DNA from: a virus
Taxonomy: Duplodnaviria > Caudoviricetes
Strand: one strand, 5' to 3'
Length of the DNA: 30,968 nt
IMG/VR virus record: IMGVR_UViG_3300011335_000030
Span: 1 to 30,968 of that record
In this document: piece after piece, positions 26,125 through 30,968 of the stretch
How the letters are laid out: every line of letters begins with the position of its first letter
Position numbering within the stretch: the stretch's first letter is position 1
The notes under the pieces: generated by a model
The model's database searches: none
Seen by the model: the letters and a program-made list of their open reading frames with translations, nothing else
Told to the model about the DNA's origin: nothing
Made by a program: the position numbers and the translations under genes

Positions 26125-26561
26125 ACTTAGAAATAGCTGCATCGCTATGTAAGCAGTTTGAAGGGTTTAGAAGTAAACCCTATCTATGCCCTGCTGGTGT
26201 GGCTACTATCGGCTATGGTTCTACCTACTATGCTGATGGGCGTAAAGTTACACTTGCAGATTCTCCAATAGATGAAGAAAATGCAAGGATATTACTAATG
26301 CACGAACTAGAACATACTTACCTACAAGGTGTTCTAAGAAACTGCCCAATTCTATTAACTGATGAGCGTAGGTGTAATGCCATTGTAGACTTTTGTTATA
26401 ACTTAGGTATTGGCAGACTCCAGACAAGTACCCTAAAAAGAAAGATAAATGCCCAAGATTGGGAAGGGGCAAAAGAGGAGTTAATGAAATGGTCAAAAGC
26501 TGGTGGTAAGGTTCTCTCTGGTCTGTTAAAACGCAGACAAGCAGAATGTAACTTTATGTGA
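26121..26561 (+). CDS. Endolysin, GH24 lysozyme
   Basis: FEG...PYLCPAGVATIGYG, FCYNLG, GGKVLSGLLKRRQAE. Confidence 0.93.
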   Translation: MNLEIAASLCKQFEGFRSKPYLCPAGVATIGYGSTYYADGRKVTLADSPIDEENARILLMHELEHTYLQGVLRNCPILLTDERRCNAIVDFCYNLGIGRLQTSTLKRKINAQDWEGAKEELMKWSKAGGKVLSGLLKRRQAECNFM

Positions 26562-26567
26562 GCCAAT

Positions 26568-26936
26568 ATGACACCAAACCAAGATGAAGCCGAACTATTT
26601 GCAAAAAGCGTCAAGAAGTGGCAACAAGTCTTGAGCCTTGGTGATTGGCGAATAGAAAAAGGAACTAAACCTGCTAAACAGGCAATGGCATCAGTAGAGT
26701 TTAATGAATCTGCCAGACTAGCTGTTTATCGACTTGGTGACTTTGGTGCTGAAAAGATTACACAAGAATCGCTTGATAAGACTGCACTTCACGAGTTACT
26801 GCATATCTTTTTGCATGACTTGATGATGGTAGCCACAGACCCTAAATCCTCAGATGAGGATATAGAAATGCAAGAGCATCGGGTTATCAATCTACTAGAA
26901 AACTTATTGACTAAGGATTCCAATGGGCGCACATAA
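26568..26936 (+). CDS. Minimal HExxH zinc-metallopeptidase-like protein
   Basis: TALHELLHIFL plus downstream EH. Confidence 0.65.
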   Translation: MTPNQDEAELFAKSVKKWQQVLSLGDWRIEKGTKPAKQAMASVEFNESARLAVYRLGDFGAEKITQESLDKTALHELLHIFLHDLMMVATDPKSSDEDIEMQEHRVINLLENLLTKDSNGRT

Positions 26937-27903
26937 CGAAAGTTGTTCTGATGTTGAGTTTATTAAGTTGTGGGGTGAACTTCAGTCAGCATCTGCAATT
27001 GCAAAACATTTAGGTATCCATACAAGAGCAGTTTTTTTGCGTAGAAGGTGGATTGAAGAACATTACAAGATTATGTTAGGTTCTGCTGACCATCGTGGTG
27101 AAAAATACAATAAGCGTCCTAAATCTTATTCTCCATTAAAGCAAATAGAACTAGGCATAGAAGATGGAATAGTCTTGGTGTTCTCAGATGCTCACTTCAT
27201 TCCACAACAGCGCACAACTGCCTTTAAAGGGCTTCTATGGGCTATCCAAGAGTTCAAGCCTAAAGCAGTAATATGCAACGGTGATGCTTTTGATGGTGCA
27301 TCTATATCTCGTTATGGCGCAACTGAACACCAGACTTCTGTTATTCAAGAATTAAAGGCTTGTCAGGCAATGCTTGGTGAGATTGAAGAAGCGGCAAAAG
27401 CAGAGCGTCACAATGTAAAGTTGATATTTACATATGGAAACCATGACGATAGGTTTGCTGCTAGGCTAATCAATAATGCGCCTCAGTTTAAGGATGTACA
27501 AGGTTTTAAACTGCCAGACCATATCCCAGATTGGGACTTCTGTTGGGCTTGTTGGCCTACAGACCAAGTGATTGTGAAGCACCGATATAAAGGTGGAATT
27601 CACGCAACTCACAATAATACTGTTAACGCTGGTGTATCAATCGTAACTGGACACTTGCACTCACTCAAGGTTACGCCATTTAGCGACTACAACGGCAACC
27701 GATATGGTGTTGATACAGGCACATTAGCAGAGCCAGATGGTCCACAATTTACTTATGGTGAACTAAACCCTAGTAACCATAGGTCAGGTTTTGCTGTACT
27801 GAGTTTCTTTAATGGAAAACTTCTGTGGCCTGAACTTGTCCACAAATTTGAAGAAGGACACATTGAGTTCAGGGGCGAAGTTATTGATGTGAGTGCATTT
27901 TGA
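26923..27903 (+). CDS. Calcineurin-like metallophosphoesterase with N-terminal HTH-like region
   Basis: SDAH, NGDAFD, GNHD, VKH, TGHLH; SASAIAKHLGIHTRAV at the N-terminus. Confidence 0.88.
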   Translation: MGAHNESCSDVEFIKLWGELQSASAIAKHLGIHTRAVFLRRRWIEEHYKIMLGSADHRGEKYNKRPKSYSPLKQIELGIEDGIVLVFSDAHFIPQQRTTAFKGLLWAIQEFKPKAVICNGDAFDGASISRYGATEHQTSVIQELKACQAMLGEIEEAAKAERHNVKLIFTYGNHDDRFAARLINNAPQFKDVQGFKLPDHIPDWDFCWACWPTDQVIVKHRYKGGIHATHNNTVNAGVSIVTGHLHSLKVTPFSDYNGNRYGVDTGTLAEPDGPQFTYGELNPSNHRSGFAVLSFFNGKLLWPELVHKFEEGHIEFRGEVIDVSAF

Positions 27904-28043
27904 GTGCTTGGTTAATTATTCTCACAGGGGCGATATATGCCTACATAGCTGGTGAACAGCTATTTAAAGATAACCCACATATGGCTATTGTCTATGCAGG
28001 TTATGCTTTCTCAAATGTCGGTCTTTACTTGCTGGCTAAGTAG
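27900..28043 (+). CDS. 47-aa two-TM protein (not in ORF track)
   Basis: TTGA coupling; MSAWLIILTGAIYAYIAGEQLFKDNPHMAIVYAGYAFSNVGLYLLAK. Confidence 0.7.
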   Translation: MSAWLIILTGAIYAYIAGEQLFKDNPHMAIVYAGYAFSNVGLYLLAK

Positions 28044-28344
28044 AATCTTTTTGGAAGACTCCGTTAGGCAAAAGCGTACCCCTACGATTCTTAATCTGGT
28101 CATATGCAACTTCCATACAATTTACGAGATTTATATCTTGTAGGACGCAATAATTTATCAAGCAGACCATAACATCGCCTACAGCATCAATAACTGCTTC
28201 TTTGTCATGTTTGATTGTTGCATCTGCTAGTTCACCCATCTCTGACATTGCTTTGAGTAGCTGAACATCTGGGGTGCTATTTGGAATAATCTTACGAGCC
28301 TCTGCCCATTGAATTATCCGCATTTCTACATTTGCATATGACAT
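28036..28344 (-). CDS. MazG-like nucleotide pyrophosphohydrolase
   Basis: QLLKAMSEMGELADA...DAVGDVMVCL...AYDQIKNRRG; AAGGA SD before ATG 28344. Confidence 0.85.
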   Translation of the reverse strand: MSYANVEMRIIQWAEARKIIPNSTPDVQLLKAMSEMGELADATIKHDKEAVIDAVGDVMVCLINYCVLQDINLVNCMEVAYDQIKNRRGTLLPNGVFQKDST

Positions 28345-28346
28345 TT

Positions 28347-28730
28347 CTATCCTTTCGAGTTTGCAAATTCGTACCACATGACATAAAAGTCTTTTAGAAA
28401 ATCAAGACCATCACCTATCTTTACACATCTACCTAGAACAACTTGAAACACATCTTGAACTTCAGTTTGTTCTTTATCTGTATTTCCAACAATGACCAAT
28501 ACAGTAAATTTAGGTACTTGAGCAAAAGCCTTTAGTAGCAGTTGCTGACCAGTAGCCATATTTTCATTTGGCTTCTTCCATTCTCCGATTAGAAAGTGGC
28601 CTTTCCTCTCGCAAATCATGTCTATGTTGCTAGGCAAGAAATGCAAGTTATTCGGAATCAACCTTGCGAAATCTCGGAAGTCAGTATGACTAGCCAGAGA
28701 ATTTCGCATTTGATTAGGTGGGGTACTCAT
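28347..28730 (-). CDS. PD-(D/E)XK nuclease-like protein (start 28730 or 28709)
   Basis: PSNIDMICERKGHFLIGEWK...GQ. Confidence 0.65.
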   Translation of the reverse strand: MSTPPNQMRNSLASHTDFRDFARLIPNNLHFLPSNIDMICERKGHFLIGEWKKPNENMATGQQLLLKAFAQVPKFTVLVIVGNTDKEQTEVQDVFQVVLGRCVKIGDGLDFLKDFYVMWYEFANSKG

Positions 28731-28761
28731 GTTCGTCCACTATTTCTAGTCACTTTCCCCC
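28720..28761 (-). ncRNA. Candidate structured RNA (loop-E-like internal loop, GNRA hairpin)
   Basis: GGGGGAAAGUG-ACUA-GAAA-UAGU-GGACGAA-CAUGAGUACCCC folds by eye. Confidence 0.5.
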
Positions 28762-28766
28762 GAAAC

Positions 28767-29009
28767 TCAAAAAGGAATTTCAGAATCATCAAATGTTGCT
28801 TTTTTAGGTTTATTCAAAGCAGCATCAGCGTTCTTATTCTTGATAGAAAGAGACATAAATTTAGCCCCATCTTTGCTGACTTTAAGCCAAGCAGAAAGCC
28901 AGTATTCAACTCCATCTACATTAAGTGACCCTTTGTAATCAGGAAACTTAGCATCATCTTTTCGGTCATTTTTAAAGAGTGAACCCCTGTTAGTATTATC
29001 GTATTCCAT
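28767..29009 (-). CDS. Small single-stranded DNA-binding-like protein
   Basis: GSLFKND, PDYKG, YWLSAW; acidic tail DDSEIPF; adjacent to ERF. Confidence 0.7.
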   Translation of the reverse strand: MEYDNTNRGSLFKNDRKDDAKFPDYKGSLNVDGVEYWLSAWLKVSKDGAKFMSLSIKNKNADAALNKPKKATFDDSEIPF

Positions 29010-29010
29010 A

Positions 29011-29613
29011 TTAACCTTTCGCTTTCTTAATTGCACTTCTTACATTACTTGGCATCAAGGTCCATAGAGCAACTTTCTGGTCTGCTTCTAAGTTCTCTTG
29101 TTCCAACCTTACCCAAGCTGCCTTGGGGTCTTTCTCGCAAATAGCAATTAGTTCAACTGCTAATTCATCAAGATACTTCAAAATCTCAATAGGCAACTCA
29201 TCTCGTATGCCTTTTGCTGGCGTGATGATTACTTGTTCTTTAAGTGGTGCAGAGGAATCCATAGCATCATTCTCAACGATTTCCATAGCCGTAACCCACA
29301 GGTAGCGTCTGGTGTATGTCTCGACTGCACCAAGGTTCTGGATGGGATGGCAGCCCTTTAGATTGGCTTCTGCCATAGGACTTGTAATGATGATGCTAGT
29401 GCCATCATCTACATCTGTGATTGTAAGGCTTGCTATCTCAGCATCGTATGACACTACGCCACACAGACCGATTTCGTTAAAGATTTGGTTAATCGTAGGG
29501 ATAAAGTCACCAAGTTCAAAGTAGCTGTAACCAGCAAACTTATTGTGACCAGATTTCTTCAGGGGTGCGTTTTGCAGGGCAATTCGTGCTTGCATTAACT
29601 TCTTGTGTACCAT
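29011..29613 (-). CDS. erf: ERF-family single-strand annealing protein
   Basis: KKSGHNKFAGYSYFELGD; IQNLGAVETYTRRYL...IVENDA. Confidence 0.88.
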   Translation of the reverse strand: MVHKKLMQARIALQNAPLKKSGHNKFAGYSYFELGDFIPTINQIFNEIGLCGVVSYDAEIASLTITDVDDGTSIIITSPMAEANLKGCHPIQNLGAVETYTRRYLWVTAMEIVENDAMDSSAPLKEQVIITPAKGIRDELPIEILKYLDELAVELIAICEKDPKAAWVRLEQENLEADQKVALWTLMPSNVRSAIKKAKG

Positions 29614-29614
29614 T

Positions 29615-29794
29615 TTATTTTCCTTCACTTAAATATTCTTCAATTAGGGCTTCTTTGTCTTCCTCGTATAAATCCTCGAAAGGTACGAAGTGGTTTTCAT
29701 GGCAACAGGTGTATTTGCTGCCTTTTGCTTCTGTGCAGTAACAGCAGTAGTCATCATGTGACAGGTCTTTAATTGCTTCTTCTCTGGTAATCAT
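29615..29794 (-). CDS. 59-aa Cys-rich acidic protein (not in ORF track)
   Basis: MITREEAIKDLSHDDYCCYCTEAKGSKYTCCHENHFVPFEDLYEEDKEALIEEYLSEGK; ATGA coupling. Confidence 0.75.
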   Translation of the reverse strand: MITREEAIKDLSHDDYCCYCTEAKGSKYTCCHENHFVPFEDLYEEDKEALIEEYLSEGK

Positions 29795-29949
29795 TGGATG
29801 CGTCCTACTTGTTTAGCCAGCAACCACTTATCTCCTAGCTTTAAAACTGACCTGACCCATTTACGCTGATTGTATTGATTGACTTTTGTAGGCACTTGCT
29901 CGTTGTTATAAAGCTGCCTAGCTTTGCGTCTTAGTTGTTCTGTTTGCAT
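29791..29949 (-). CDS. 52-aa basic protein
   Basis: TAATG coupling, GAGG SD; YNQRKWVRSVLKLGDKWLLA. Confidence 0.75.
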   Translation of the reverse strand: MQTEQLRRKARQLYNNEQVPTKVNQYNQRKWVRSVLKLGDKWLLAKQVGRIQ

Positions 29950-30041
29950 TAGCCTCTCCAAGCCAGCATTACGCCAATGCCGCCAAAGATGATGATTGCC
30001 AATGTCCACTCAACTAGCATCTGAATAATCTTACTTTTCAT
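29949..30041 (-). CDS. 30-aa TM peptide, first gene of the leftward operon (not in ORF track)
   Basis: TAAGGAG SD; MKSKIIQMLVEWTLAIIIFGGIGVMLAWRG. Confidence 0.75.
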   Translation of the reverse strand: MKSKIIQMLVEWTLAIIIFGGIGVMLAWRG

Positions 30042-30139
30042 TTGGTTCTCCTTAAAGACCCTTGCGATTTGCTTGGGCTGATAGTGATTGTAGAGAGTTC
30101 TTAACAGATTGCAAGATGTTTATGTAGGTATTTACCCTA
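30042..30139 (-). promoter_or_regulatory. Leftward early promoter/operator/leader module, copy 2
   Basis: Minus strand: TAGGGTAAATACCTA, TTGCAA-16-TACAAT, CAGCCCAAGCAAATCGCAAGGGT, TAAGGAG. Confidence 0.8.
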
Positions 30140-30159
30140 AAAACAACAAATATTTTCTT

Positions 30160-30168
30160 TGCTATACT
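30160..30168 (+). promoter_or_regulatory. Extended -10 rightward promoter, leaderless cro
   Basis: TGcTATACT; A of ATG 7 nt downstream; no SD. Confidence 0.7.
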
Positions 30169-30174
30169 GTTTAG

Positions 30175-30327
30175 ATGGATAAACAAACTGCTATCACACT
30201 TGCTGGCTCACAGAGTGAGCTTGCTAGAATCCTTGGGATTGAAAGGTCTGCTGTTCACCAATGGAAGACCATTCCTCCTTTACGAATTTATCAACTAAAA
30301 GAACTCAGACCAGAGTGGTTCAAATGA
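30175..30327 (+). CDS. cro: Cro-like HTH regulator (not in ORF track)
   Basis: MDKQTAITLAGSQSELARILGIERSAVHQWKTIPPLRIYQLKELRPEWFK. Confidence 0.88.
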   Translation: MDKQTAITLAGSQSELARILGIERSAVHQWKTIPPLRIYQLKELRPEWFK

Positions 30328-30692
30328 CACAACAAGTAATTATCAGGGCTTTGCAAAATGGCTCACTTACTGCACAAGAGATGGAAAACCTAACTGGCAT
30401 CCCTCGGACTTCTATTGTGGCTGCTTGCAAAAAGATGTTTCGCAAGAAAGAATTAACTGTTGAAAAAGTCAAGGTAGGCAGTTTTTGGGTATCTAAATTT
30501 ACCCTGTTGCCACACATGATTGAGGCTCAAAAAGCCGCCAATGATGAGCCACTTGATAAATTCAATCCCTTTGACATACGCAATGCTCAGGGCATTTTTA
30601 CCAAAGCAGAGTATGCGGTTATGAATAGCCAAGCCAGACGTTTGCTTGGTAAATCTTTTTCACAAGAAATAACCAACAATCAATTTATCTAG
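30324..30692 (+). CDS. Winged-HTH-like protein
   Basis: ATGA coupling to cro; IIRALQNGSLTAQEMENLTGIPRTSIVAACKKM. Confidence 0.75.
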   Translation: MTQQVIIRALQNGSLTAQEMENLTGIPRTSIVAACKKMFRKKELTVEKVKVGSFWVSKFTLLPHMIEAQKAANDEPLDKFNPFDIRNAQGIFTKAEYAVMNSQARRLLGKSFSQEITNNQFI

Positions 30693-30703
30693 TACAATGT
30701 TTT

Positions 30704-30799
30704 GAAACACGGCTAGGTGCGAAGTCATGAGCGTACCGAAAAGGGTTCACCCTTTCCCCTGCCGAGGTTTCTTTCCAAAGGGCGTTATAAAGCGGTGAA
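30704..30799 (+). ncRNA. Candidate structured leader RNA of the replication gene
   Basis: TACAAT at 30693-30698; three-stem junction 30704-30771; one arm complementary to the SD region. Confidence 0.6.
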
Positions 30800-30802
30800 A
30801 TC

Positions 30803-30968
30803 ATGCTATTACAGCCAAAGAATTGGGCAGTCTTTCAACACTACAAAGACAGATGCCCTCCGTGGATAAAACTACATCGTGACCTGTTAAACGACAGAGC
30901 ATATATGCGCTTGCCTATTGCTAGCAAAGCGATAGCACCTATGCTTTGGTTGCTTGCAAGTGAGTCAA
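30803..30968 (+). CDS. Replication initiator/replisome organizer, N-terminus (3'-truncated)
   Basis: MLLQPKNWAVFQHYKDRCPPWIKLHRDLLND; position after cro. Confidence 0.8.
   Translation, partial: MLLQPKNWAVFQHYKDRCPPWIKLHRDLLNDRAYMRLPIASKAIAPMLWLLASES

Noticed and set aside
30720-30742. Hammerhead-like GUCAUGAG...CGAAA
   Set aside because: The core needs CUGANGA; the sequence is GUCAUGA and the flanking stems do not fit.
1-30968. tRNA genes, integrase/att site, alternative genetic code
   Set aside because: No cloverleaf with T-loop/CCA or recombinase motifs seen; all three stop codons end genes normally.

Overview
About 31 kb of a tailed dsDNA phage with podovirus-type (P22-like) morphogenesis genes. 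It resembles uncultured freshwater betaproteobacterial phages; that host assignment is inference. Plus strand, in order: 3' part of a C5 DNA methyltransferase, nuclease and small accessory genes, small basic proteins, terminase, a GIY-YIG homing endonuclease, portal, two extra genes, scaffold, major capsid, adaptor/tail proteins, ejection proteins, tail fibre with S74 chaperone, holin/endolysin, a HExxH protein and a metallophosphoesterase. A convergent minus-strand early operon (MazG-like, PD-(D/E)XK, SSB-like, ERF, small genes) starts at a divergent promoter. Rightward from that promoter are a leaderless cro-like gene, a winged-HTH gene and the start of a replication initiator. No integrase, CI, tRNA or CRISPR was seen. 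Most notable: (1) a methyltransferase split over two overlapping reading frames, with motif IX in the alternative frame; (2) a homing endonuclease flanked by a recoded duplication that supplies its start site and repairs the host gene; (3) a ~100-bp promoter/operator/hairpin module present twice; (4) several candidate structured RNAs; (5) a 24-aa motif shared by two tail proteins.
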